Below the pieces are notes generated by a model, which saw only the letters and a program-made list of their open reading frames with translations, was not told the origin of the DNA and did not search any database. A DNA stretch of 64,000 nt, taken from NCBI GenBank assembly GCA_963807635.1, contig CAWEDJ010000028.1, positions 60,823 through 124,822 on the forward strand. The letters are read 5' to 3'. Shown piece by piece: positions 21,345 through 31,542 of the stretch (its first letter is position 1; every line of letters starts with the position of its first letter). This stretch comes from an uncultured cyanobacterium (GTDB taxonomy: Bacteria; Cyanobacteriota; Cyanobacteriia; Cyanobacteriales; Microcystaceae). Position numbers and translations under genes: made by a program.

Positions 21345-22472
21345 TTAAAAACTCATGCGTCTGCCCCGATACAGGATTTGTTCATCGGAGTCGGCCAACA
21401 CTTCACCCATTTCATCTTCTTCCTCTAGATCGTCCCAGAGGGGAGAAAATGGCACAAAAATCTCGTTGTTTTGGTGAATAGATTGAATTTTTTTGACGAT
21501 GCGTTTGATTTCTACTTCTAATAAGCCCGTTAAAACCTGGCTTGCCTGAATAAATAAAAATGCATCGGGTAAGCAGGGAGTTAGCATCAAATGACCGTCC
21601 GAACTATGGGCCGCGATCGCCTCCCAATCCTGCCATTCCATCTCCGTCTGACTTTTTTTCGCTAAGGCCAACATCCGACCCGCCATTCTCAACGCTTGGC
21701 TTTCATCCAGACCAATGCCCCTAGTCAGCGATCGCCCCTCTTCGGAAATCAGGATCGCCCCTTGAATGCCCATACCTTCCTGCACCACATCCTCAAAAAT
21801 TCGTTCAATCTGGGATGAATTTAATTCTGTCGGGGCAGTAAGTTGGGATTTTTTCTCTGAAATCGTTATTTTTTTGCTAATTTCTGTCGTTTCAACCGTC
21901 AGCTCTAGGAAAGGAACCTCCGTAATATCAGGAATATTTCCCCGATCCGTGACGGGTTCGGGCAGGGCGAGATCATCGGAACAAACCAAAAGCTTTAAAA
22001 TTTTCTTTTTTTGGAGATCCCTCTGACTTTTAGCCCTGATTTCTGGAGAAATCACCAACCCCGAACGGGGAGAATTATATTCATCAACGTCGGGAACAAT
22101 AACATTCTGTAGATTACTTTCTAGGCGTTCCCGTTCAATAAAATAGACTGGCCCCTTTTCCAAATGTCTTAAAAATCTTTCTAAACGAGCATCATCGAGA
22201 TTGCCCGTCCAGTAATAGGCCAAAAAATAGGGAATGTGGGAGCGACCGAGTTCATCCCTGCCTTCGTTATATAACCAGCCAAACAAAAGATGGGTAGCAG
22301 AAATCTGATGGAGATAGACCGCCTGATAATCATGACTAGGAGGATTATAGACATTCCAATGTTGATAAACAATGTTCTGCACAAAAGAATCCTGAATATG
22401 AATCGGAATCCGTTGGCTCACCAATAGTTGAAACCCACTATTCGGTAAGGTTGTATAGATCAAATTGGCCAA
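21345..22472 (-). CDS. Hypothetical protein with a C-terminal Roadblock/LC7-like domain
   Basis: GIQGAILISEEG...GHLMLT...FLFI pattern typical of Roadblock; TTG start. Confidence 0.6.
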   Translation of the reverse strand: MANLIYTTLPNSGFQLLVSQRIPIHIQDSFVQNIVYQHWNVYNPPSHDYQAVYLHQISATHLLFGWLYNEGRDELGRSHIPYFLAYYWTGNLDDARLERFLRHLEKGPVYFIERERLESNLQNVIVPDVDEYNSPRSGLVISPEIRAKSQRDLQKKKILKLLVCSDDLALPEPVTDRGNIPDITEVPFLELTVETTEISKKITISEKKSQLTAPTELNSSQIERIFEDVVQEGMGIQGAILISEEGRSLTRGIGLDESQALRMAGRMLALAKKSQTEMEWQDWEAIAAHSSDGHLMLTPCLPDAFLFIQASQVLTGLLEVEIKRIVKKIQSIHQNNEIFVPFSPLWDDLEEEDEMGEVLADSDEQILYRGRRMSF

Positions 22473-22879
22473 CCATTAAGGACATATTTTCTAGGATTTT
22501 AGGAGATGAACAACAACACTGCTCGGAATCTCGTGTTTGAGTCCCTGATTTCAATGGCTTTCACCCAAGAAATTGAACAAAGGACTATGGTGCAAATCAG
22601 TCAATCATACATTATGCCTGAAACGCGCTTTAGTTCCATCCTAACCCCTAATATAGTAACGGTAAAGCAACACTATAGCGGTCTTCACAGAAGTAAGATA
22701 GTCTCAATGTTTATAAACAAGGGATTTAAACTCCTTGCCCGTCCCTGATTATCGCTTTTGCCTACTCGTTATCCAGGATTTTCCAATACCTTGACAAAAA
22801 TCTGCGCGATCGCGATACCCGTCATAACCACAATCCCAATTAATGACTTAGTTAATTAGGATATAGCTTCTGTGTCATC

Positions 22880-24193
22880 ATGAAAATTATTGCCTATATT
22901 TATAGTGATCCCCTATTAGAAAAAAAACCTGATATTGCTATTTGGGGATTAGAAGTCGATCGCATCTATGAAGACTTAGGACAACATCAACAATTAGATA
23001 TTTTAATTCAAGATTGTCAGATTGAATCCCCTGATTATTTATTACTCCGCCGTTTAGAAGAGTTGGGCAATTCTATGGCAGAAATCAGCGATCGCCTGAA
23101 TGAGTTAGAAAAATTAGGCATCGAAATTATTGCTATTGAACAAGATTATCATACATCGCAATTTCAACAGACATTATCAACGGAGGCACGACAACACTTC
23201 ACCCAATTATTACAAGAGATTCAAAAAAATCAACGAAGTCAGAAATTACAACAGGGTCATGCCCGCAATCGTCTCAAAGCCCTGCCGCCCCCTGGAAAAG
23301 CTCCCTACGGTTATCGTCGGGGCAAAGACCGCTATATTCTAGACCGTAGCACTGCGCCTGTTGCTAAAGATTTTTTTGAACAATTTTTGCGGTTTGGCTC
23401 GTTGCGGGGAGCCGTTCGTTATTTAGAAAAACGCTATGGCAAAAAAATTTCCGTTTCTACGGGTCAACGTTGGCTCACGAATCCTGTCTATCGAGGGGAT
23501 CTGGCCTATCAAAATCAGGATATTATTGCCGATACCCATGTCGCAATTATTTCTAGGGAAGAAGCCGCCCAAATTGAGCGATTACTCAGGCGAAATGCAA
23601 CCATGCCCGCTCGGACTGCCAGTGCGCCCCGTTCTTTGGCGGGTTTAGTGTTTTGTCAAAGCTGTCAATCCCCCCAGACGATCACCCGTGTAACCAGACG
23701 CAATCAAAACCAAGAATATCTCTATCTACGACCCCGCCATTGTCCCTTAGAAAAAAAATGTTCCGCGATCGCCTACGAAGAAATTTTGAGGTTAACGATT
23801 GAAAAAATTTGCCAAGAGTTACCCCCGACCGTTGCCCAATTAAACTTACCCAATTTAGATTTTGTTAAAAATAATTTAATCGAAAAAATTCAACAAAAAC
23901 AAGGAATCATTGAGCAGTTGCCTTTATTAAAAGAACAAGGAATTTTAGACCAAGAAACCCTAGAGTTAAGAACCTATACTTTAAAAACCGAAATTTCTAA
24001 ATTACGGAGTCAGTTAGACCAATTGCCCCCAGGAGATTTAAAAATGATTGTCAAAGCGGTTTCCCTTTCTCAATTTTGGTTAGATCTATCCGAAACGGAA
24101 CGACGGTTTTATTTTCGAGAATTCATCAACAAGATCGAAATTATTCGCACAGAATCAAAGGATTGGGCATTAAATCTGGTTTTTGTTTTTTAA
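22880..24193 (+). CDS. Serine recombinase family protein with a degenerate catalytic domain
   Basis: GKAPYGY, LTNPVYRG, HVAIIS, LAGLVFCQSC zinc ribbon and coiled coil. Confidence 0.8.
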   Translation: MKIIAYIYSDPLLEKKPDIAIWGLEVDRIYEDLGQHQQLDILIQDCQIESPDYLLLRRLEELGNSMAEISDRLNELEKLGIEIIAIEQDYHTSQFQQTLSTEARQHFTQLLQEIQKNQRSQKLQQGHARNRLKALPPPGKAPYGYRRGKDRYILDRSTAPVAKDFFEQFLRFGSLRGAVRYLEKRYGKKISVSTGQRWLTNPVYRGDLAYQNQDIIADTHVAIISREEAAQIERLLRRNATMPARTASAPRSLAGLVFCQSCQSPQTITRVTRRNQNQEYLYLRPRHCPLEKKCSAIAYEEILRLTIEKICQELPPTVAQLNLPNLDFVKNNLIEKIQQKQGIIEQLPLLKEQGILDQETLELRTYTLKTEISKLRSQLDQLPPGDLKMIVKAVSLSQFWLDLSETERRFYFREFINKIEIIRTESKDWALNLVFVF

Positions 24194-24483
24194 AATCTCA
24201 CCAATACAATTTGGTGAACTATTCTGGATAATTTACTTTATTTTACCGTTGACTCTAACCCTAAAAAAGACAGGTGCAACTTCTCTAAATCGTATAATCT
24301 CGGTCACGAAGTATGCCTACGGCATCGCCTAGCGTTAGTTTATGGGCGCGACATTCCCCTCTCAAGCCTAACTTTGATAAAATGAATAGACAAATAACTT
24401 AATTTTTCAGGGTTGACCCCTTTGATTAAGTCTCGCTCTCAGCCCAGCTCCATATTAAATCCCTAATAATTCCGTAAATTCCC

Positions 24484-26409
24484 ATGTTTAAGACCCTTTT
24501 TGGCGATCCTAATACCCGTAAATTAAAGAAATTTCAGCCCTACATAGCCGAAGTCAATGTCATCGAAGAAGATATGGTCGCTTTATCCGATGATGAACTG
24601 AAGCAAAAGACGATCGCCTTTCGGGAATTGTTGGACAAGGCAAAAACGGACGAAGAAACCGAGGATATTTTGGACGAAATCTTGCCCGAAGCCTTTGCTG
24701 TGGTGCGAGAAGCGGGAAAACGGGTCTTGGGGATGCGCCACTTTGATGTGCAATTATTGGGTGGCATCATTCTCCACAAGGGACAAATTGCTGAAATGAA
24801 AACAGGGGAGGGAAAAACCCTGGTCGCAACCCTGCCTGCCTACCTCAATGGCTTGACGGGAAAAGGGGTTCATGTTGTCACCGTTAACGATTATCTCGCC
24901 CGACGGGATGCGGAATGGATGGGACAAATTCATCGCTTTTTAGGTTTGAGTGTGGGATTAGTCCAATCGGCGATGAGTCCCGAAGAAAGGAAGAAAAATT
25001 ATGCCTGTGATGTCACCTATACGACTAATAGTGAATTAGGCTTCGATTATCTCCGCGATAATATGGCTACCTCCATGCAGGAAGTCGTTCAACGTCCTTT
25101 TAATTACTGTGTGATCGATGAAGTCGATTCTATTTTGATTGATGAAGCGCGCACACCGTTGATCATTTCAGGGCAAGTCGAACGTCCAACAGAAAAATAT
25201 TTACAGGCTTCTGAGATCGCGGCCCAACTCACTAAGGATGAGGATTACGAAGTTGACGAAAAACAACGTAATGTCTTGATGACCGATGAGGGTTTTGAAA
25301 AGGCTGAAAATTTATTGAAAACGAGTGATCTCTTTGATAAGGACGATCCCTGGGCTCACTACATTTTTAATGCGGTCAAAGCGAAGGAATTATTCATCAA
25401 AGATGTTAACTATATCGTCCGCGATAATGAAGTGGTAATTGTCGATGAATTCACGGGACGGATCATGGTCGGTCGTCGTTGGAGTGATGGTTTGCATCAG
25501 GCGATCGAAGCCAAGGAACGGGTGGAAATTCAACGGGAAAGCCAAACCCTGGCAACCATTACCTATCAAAATTTCTTCTTGCTTTATCCCAAATTATCGG
25601 GAATGACGGGGACAGCCAAAACAGAAGAAACGGAATTAGAAAAAGTTTACAACCTCCAAGTAACGATTACGCCGACCAATCGCCCTTCGGGTCGTCAGGA
25701 TTGGCCTGATGTGGTTTACAAAACCGAAGAAGCGAAATGGAAAGCGGTTGCCCTGGAGTGTCAGGAACTCCACGCAGAAGGTCGCCCGATCTTGGTGGGA
25801 ACAACCAGTGTGGAAAAGTCTGAAGTGATCGCGAGTCTCTTGAATGAGTTGGAAATTCCCCACAATATCCTGAATGCACGACCTGAGAATGTGGAACGGG
25901 AATCGGAAATTATTGCCCAAGCAGGACGGAAAGGAACTGTTACCATTGCCACCAATATGGCGGGTCGGGGTACGGATATTATTTTGGGGGGAAATTCGGA
26001 TTATATGGCTCGCTTGAAAGTGCGGGAATATTTGATGCCGAAGATTGTTCGTCCAGAGGATGATGAGTTGGGCTTTAGTCCCCAAGGTTTTGGAGGACGC
26101 GATCGCCCAGAGGGTTTTGGTCAGGAGAAGAAAAAGAAAACTTGGCGCGTTTCTAAGGATATTTTTCCAACGGAAATTTCGGCAGAAGCGGAAACAATGC
26201 TAAAGGAAGTGGTAAAGTTCGCCGTCTCTGAATACGGTGAGCAGAGTTTGACGGAACTAGAGGCAGAGGAAAAACTCGCGGTTGCGGCGGAAAAAGCTCC
26301 TACCGATGAGCCAGCGATTCAAAAGCTACGGGAAGTTTATAACCTAATTCGTAAGGAATACGAGAAATTTACCAGTGCAGAACATCAAGAAGTGATCAAT
26401 CTCGGTGGC
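24484..26409 (+). CDS. secA: Protein translocase subunit SecA, truncated at the segment junction
   Basis: [17 protein letters not shown] and [11 protein letters not shown] motifs; homology stops at EVINLGG, just before the expected LHVIGTERHESRR. Confidence 0.95.
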
Positions 26410-26437
26410 TGCTCCGCCGTCCTGACTTGCTTCTGCC

Positions 26438-26445
26438 GTTAAAAG
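26438..26445 (+). promoter_or_regulatory. Archaeal TATA box of pilin 1
   Basis: GTTAAAAG with TTAAAA 31 nt before the ATG; the same motif precedes four other genes of the locus. Confidence 0.65.
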
Positions 26446-26469
26446 GTGAAACAAATCTAGTCCCCGGCA

Positions 26470-26901
26470 ATGTTCACCACGCAACGAAGAGCAATCAGCC
26501 CACTTCTCGCTACGGTCATCCTGATCGCCATATGCATCGCTGGAGGCCTGATGGTCTACGCACTCTTCAGCACTTCAATGAACACGGCGAGCTCGAAGGC
26601 GCAGCTCAACGTAGTGTCTTCACAGCTCGAAAGCGGCAGCCTCATCCTGAACGTGCAGAACGCAGGCAGCAAACCGGTAACCTCGCTGGCGATGACGGCG
26701 CCATCAAGTCTGACGAACTCGACGGAACCTACGATCTCGCCCACCCCGTCAGCAGTCGCCCCGCTCACGCCGGGCCAGTCGGCCAGCATAACAGTCAGCT
26801 ACACAGGCGACACCATCGGCAACAGCTACACGTTCGTCCTGACGGCGACCTTCTCCGACGGCTCCGTGTTCAGCTACGCGGTCCAGGTAACGGATACATA
26901 G
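26470..26901 (+). CDS. Archaeal type IV pilin 1
   Basis: Class III signal peptide RRA/ISPLLATVILIAI; NAGS, PGQS and SYTF...DGS pilin motifs. Confidence 0.9.
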   Translation: MFTTQRRAISPLLATVILIAICIAGGLMVYALFSTSMNTASSKAQLNVVSSQLESGSLILNVQNAGSKPVTSLAMTAPSSLTNSTEPTISPTPSAVAPLTPGQSASITVSYTGDTIGNSYTFVLTATFSDGSVFSYAVQVTDT

Positions 26902-26944
26902 ACGGGCAAAGCGAACGCCGCAGCGACTCCACCCTCCTTTTTCT

Positions 26945-26952
26945 GTTAAAAG
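26945..26952 (+). promoter_or_regulatory. Archaeal TATA box of pilin 2
   Basis: GTTAAAAG with TTAAAA 35 nt before ATG 26981. Confidence 0.65.
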
Positions 26953-26980
26953 TGCCCCCAGCATCATCTGTCGAGACAAG

Positions 26981-29342
26981 ATGGAACACAAGCGCGCGGT
27001 CAGCCCGCTTCTCGCGACCGTCATCCTGATAGCCATCACGATCATGGGCGGAGCCGCGGTCTACGCTGTCTTCTCGAACCGCTCTGACGTAGCCGGAGAC
27101 ACCCATTCCATACAGGTTGAGAACGCCCAGCTAGTCGATCCGGCGACGGTCAACGTCACGGTGGATTCAGCACCCTCAGGCCTTACCGACGCGCTCGTCG
27201 TGGACGGCGTCACCTACACTGGCCCAGTGACTTTCACCTGGCAAGCGGACACTCAGCATTCGATCGATGCCCTGAGCCCGATGGGAGGATACACCTTCGT
27301 CTCCTGGAGCGACGGGAACGACCAGTCCCACACGATATGGACTAACAACGGCAATGCCAACTACACGGCGACATACGGGAATGCCAATGTGACGCTCGAT
27401 ACATCCCCGTCTGGCGAGTGGGTCCTGATCGTGGACAACGTGCAATACACGTCTCCTGTGACCTTCAACTGGATCATCGGAGACACCCACCACATAACAG
27501 CGGAGGGCTTCACTGGTTACGCGTTTGACTATTGGAGCGACAACAACACGGACGATCCTCGCAACTTCACGGTGACCGGAGATGTGACCCTCACTGCGGT
27601 GTACGCACAAGCCATATTGGTCGAGATAAGTTCCTACTCATACGATGCAAGGCTTGGCACTGGTGAAGACCAGACGCAGTTCACAATCGACAATCAGCCT
27701 CTTCTCGTGGATGGTGTTAGGACAAACTACGGGTCGTATTTCTACTGGAAGGTCGGAAGCACTCACACATTGCAGGCACTGACGTGGTACGGATTCGGCT
27801 ACAACTTCTCCTGTTGGTCTGGAATACCGACCTACTATTCGTCGATGAACACTTCGAGCCCCTCCATCACCTACACCGTTGCGGCTAACGATAGCCTCTG
27901 GACTTACTACAATATCCCAGCAGTGCGTTTCTGGGCAGACTACAGCGCCGATTGGAATTACATCGTCTCGACTTCAGGTCCGAACTTCACCATTGATGGT
28001 GCCGCCCAGTTGAATGGTGGTCTAATCTGGCTCGATGGAGGGAATCACACCTTCACATTCCCAACGACTTACGACTCCAACGGATGGACCTACTCTTTCA
28101 TCGGGAACAACACCTTCTCAAACGGCGATCTCTCCAGTCCGAACAACACGTGGGGCGGATGGCCAACGAGCGTCGAGAGGATATATGGTGCCCTGTTTGC
28201 CGAGTTCTCTAACATATTCGTCGGCGGTCCGGTGCAGATTACTACTTCTTACATAACCAACGTCACTGTCTCCGGCGATGTCACGACGGTGTTTGTGGAT
28301 GTGCCAGACGACCTTTGGATTGGCACGACGAGCTTTGCTTACAACCCAGTAGTGATGCCACTCACTGTCTACACTTCATATGTCAATTGGGGCGGCGATT
28401 TCAATGCGACGAACTCGGTGTCCATCAACGGCGTTCGGCGTAGCACGACGATCACGATTGGTATCAACCTCGACGGCGTGTCAGACCCGCAGGTGTCGTT
28501 GGTGGCGAACAAGACACTTGTCCTAGGTAACGCTACGCTGTACTTCTGGAATTGGTACGGCAACGACTACACTGGCGATATTGGGAATGTCACTTACGTT
28601 CTGCATGCCGAGAGCATCTACAGCCTCGGGTATAATACCGAAGTATATGCGTTTTACGATACGGCTCCTCTTGTCAAGGTCTTCGTGAATGTGGACCCGA
28701 CTTACATCACGGACAATCGGACTGGCTCAGCAGTGTCCGTTGATGGTTACTCTGGTTATGGCGTAGGCGGGCCATACTACTGGTATGCAGGCTCGACTCA
28801 CAACGTAACTGCAATATCCATTGGTTACAATGTGACTGCCACCCGTTGTTACATTGGCGACTCAAGAGTTCCTGGGACCTTCAATCTCGCTTCAATCAGA
28901 CCAGACACGATGGTATGTACCCCGACGTACAACGTCACGGAGGCGCTGCAATTCTCAAGTTGGTCAGACGGCGGCGCCATCAGCCACACCGTCGTGGTTC
29001 CTTGGGTTGACAGCATCAACTACACCGCGTTCTACGCCAACTCTACAACACCTCCACCTCCGCCTTCGTCCAGCAAGCATTGGATCCTGGTCTTGACGTT
29101 GAAGGACACCGGAAGCGTTCCAATCGTCGGCGTCTCGCTCTCCTTCAATGGCTCGATACTCCCCGCGACCTGGATGCCCAACCCAGCCACCACCTCGATA
29201 AGGCCTGGTTCCAGCTTCTCGACGGTATATACTTTCGACAGTTCCGGCATCTTACGCAGGTGGAACCTACGTCTTCTCCGTCGCGATCACCTATGCCGAC
29301 GGCTCCACGTTCACGTACTTCATACAAATCGTAGCCGCATAG
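26981..29342 (+). CDS. Giant archaeal pilin/adhesin (~790 aa), one apparent frameshift ~29252
   Basis: KRA/VSPLLATVILIAI signal; repeated Ig/InlB-B-like modules; after removing one base at ~29252 it ends YAGGTYVFSVAITYADGSTFTYFIQIVAA* (TAG 29340-29342). Confidence 0.8.
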
Positions 29343-29380
29343 CACCAACCGGCCGGATCGACGCCCCTTCTTTTGTCCCT

Positions 29381-29388
29381 GTTAAAAG
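29381..29388 (+). promoter_or_regulatory. Archaeal TATA box of pilin 3
   Basis: GTTAAAAG with TTAAAA 35 nt before ATG 29417. Confidence 0.65.
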
Positions 29389-29416
29389 TACCTTACCGCA
29401 TGTCTGTCGGCACAAG

Positions 29417-29932
29417 ATGAAGCACAGACGCGCGGTCAGCCCGCTTCTCGCGACCATCATGCTGATAGCCATAACATTGGCTGGCAGCCTGCTGGTCTGG
29501 AACTTCTTCACGTCCATGGCGCAGACGCAGGGCGAGTCCGTCCAGGTTCAGCTGGTCGACGTGGCGCTGCTCCAGTCCGGCACAGGCACCACGGTCTTCT
29601 CGGTGACCGCCAAGGATACAGGAAGCACGCCCATAGCATCATTGGGCATCCTGCTGAACGGCGCGAGCGTGATGAACGATACGGGGCCGGCCCTCCTCCC
29701 CGGACAATCGTGGTCCGCCCAGACCACTGCGATGCCATCGAACGTGACGGTGACGATAGGGGAAACATACATCGTGACGGCGACCGCGACGACCTCGAGC
29801 GGGGGCAGCGCGACCACTTCTCAGAGCGTCCTGTGTCAAGGGGCACTGAGCCGGCTTGGGGCACTTGTCCTGTGTGGCTACCGACGACCAAGCCCCTCAT
29901 TGGTTAAAAGCCCTTTGACATGCATTTCCTGA
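29417..29932 (+). CDS. Archaeal type IV pilin 3 (true stop possibly ~29849)
   Basis: MKHRRA/VSPLLATIMLIAI signal, KDTGS, PGQS and GETY motifs; hidden inside the fused 983-aa ORF of the track. Confidence 0.85.
   Translation: MKHRRAVSPLLATIMLIAITLAGSLLVWNFFTSMAQTQGESVQVQLVDVALLQSGTGTTVFSVTAKDTGSTPIASLGILLNGASVMNDTGPALLPGQSWSAQTTAMPSNVTVTIGETYIVTATATTSSGGSATTSQSVLCQGALSRLGALVLCGYRRPSPSLVKSPLTCIS
29903..29910 (+). promoter_or_regulatory. Archaeal TATA box of the ATPase gene
   Basis: GTTAAAAG with TTAAAA 29 nt before ATG 29933. Confidence 0.6.
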
Positions 29933-31542
29933 ATGAAGGTGCCTCTTTTCGGCGGCCTCTCCGGGAGGAAGCCGCCAGACGCCTCATCGTTGCAGTTCAG
30001 GATAGAGCAGCTGCCCGTTCAGTTCACGGGGACGGTCCTGGCCGAGTACGACGTCGGCCTCGACCACATCTACATAGTCGACGAGAACGGCAGCGGGAAG
30101 TACATAATCTCCGAGCCCTCTCTCACGGAGGACGAGCGGCGGACCTACTCGTTCATCATGAACGACCTCTACTCCTCCCTCCCCGGGTCCATGGAGATGG
30201 AGGCGGACCCCGTGCAGTACATCGAGAAGCACATCTGGGAGGTCTCGGAGAGGCTGGGCATCGTAGAGCAGGTCAAGGAGGCGTACCCCAGGTTCAAGTA
30301 CTTCATCACGAGGGAGACGACGGGCTACAGGCAGATCGACGCGCTCATCAGCGACCCCGACGTGGAGGAGGTGTCCTGCGTGGGGCCGGGGAAGCCGGTC
30401 CAGGTCATACAGAGGGAGTTCACGAAATACGACTGGCTGGAGACGAACGTCGTCTTCGGCACCGAGGAGGCGCTCAGGAACTTCGTGCAGAAGCTGGCCA
30501 TGAAGGCCGGCAAGAACGTCACGATAGCGATCCCGTTCACCGACGCGATCATGAAGGAAGGCCACAGGGTTGCCGTGACCGTCGCAGGCGAGGTCACCCT
30601 CCCGGGCTCGACTTTCGCGATACGCAAGTTCCCCAAGGACCCCTACAGCATCGCCTCCATCCTGAAGTTCGGGTCCATGTCGCCCCTGATGGCGGCGTAC
30701 TACTGGCTTCTCATCGAGTACAGGCGGTTCACGCTGGTCATAGGGCCCATGTCATCCGGGAAAGACCTCCATGATCAACGCGCTGGCGACGATGATCGCG
30801 CCGAACATGAAGATAGCGACCATCGAGGACACCCCCGAGCTCAACCTTGCTCATTCTCACTGGCAGAGGTTCAAGACGAGGAAGACGTACTCGATAACGG
30901 AGTCAAGGTTCGACGTGGACCTCAACGACCTGACGATCCTCTCGCTGCGGTATCGCCCGGACTACATCATAGTGGGCGAGGTCAGGGGGGCCGAGATCTC
31001 CGCCCTGGTGCAAGCTGCGAGTTTAGGCCACGGATGCATCTCATCCTTTCACGGCGACTCCCCCGAGGCAGCCCTCGTCAGGATGACGACGCCCCCAATG
31101 AACGTCCAGCTCGGCGGCCAGCTGCTCATCTCGTCCTTCCTGATGATGAACAGGGTCCGCGCCGCCGACGGCTCTGTGAAGAGGCGCGCCCTGGTCAGCA
31201 AGGAAACAGTGCCGGACGGCGACAGGCTGCGGCTGGCGGAGATCTTCAGCTGGGACGCGGGCAGAGATGCGTTCCTGCCGGATGACCCGGACGAAGTCGT
31301 CAGGAGGAGCCGCCAGCTGAAGAGCATAATGGGCCTTACGGGCTGGGACGAAGCGAAGCTTGCGGAGGAGCTGAGGATAGAGGGCGAAGCTGCTCGGCGG
31401 CCTGGTGAGAGATGAAAAGCTGGGCTACAGGGACGTGGCGGAGGAGATCACGAAATTCTACCACGCGCGCTACGGGCTGGGGGCTGTCGCCCAGCCCGGA
31501 CTGGCCGAGGGAGAGGGGATGAAACATGTCCCAGCAGGCTGA
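29933..31542 (+). CDS. Type II/IV secretion pilus assembly ATPase (FlaI/TadA family), frameshifts ~30763 and ~31380
   Basis: DPDVEEVSC, FAIRKF, Walker A GPMSSGK(T), TIEDTPEL, LRYRPDYIIVGEVRG and GHG...FH. Confidence 0.9.

Noticed and set aside
22506..22748. 80-aa ORF
   Set aside because: No motif; runs through short intergenic palindromic repeats (e.g. 22718-22737)
26981..29932. 983-aa protein with two pilin signal peptides
   Set aside because: Artefact of a one-base indel at ~29252; the corrected frame stops at 29342 and pilin 3 has its own TATA box and ATG
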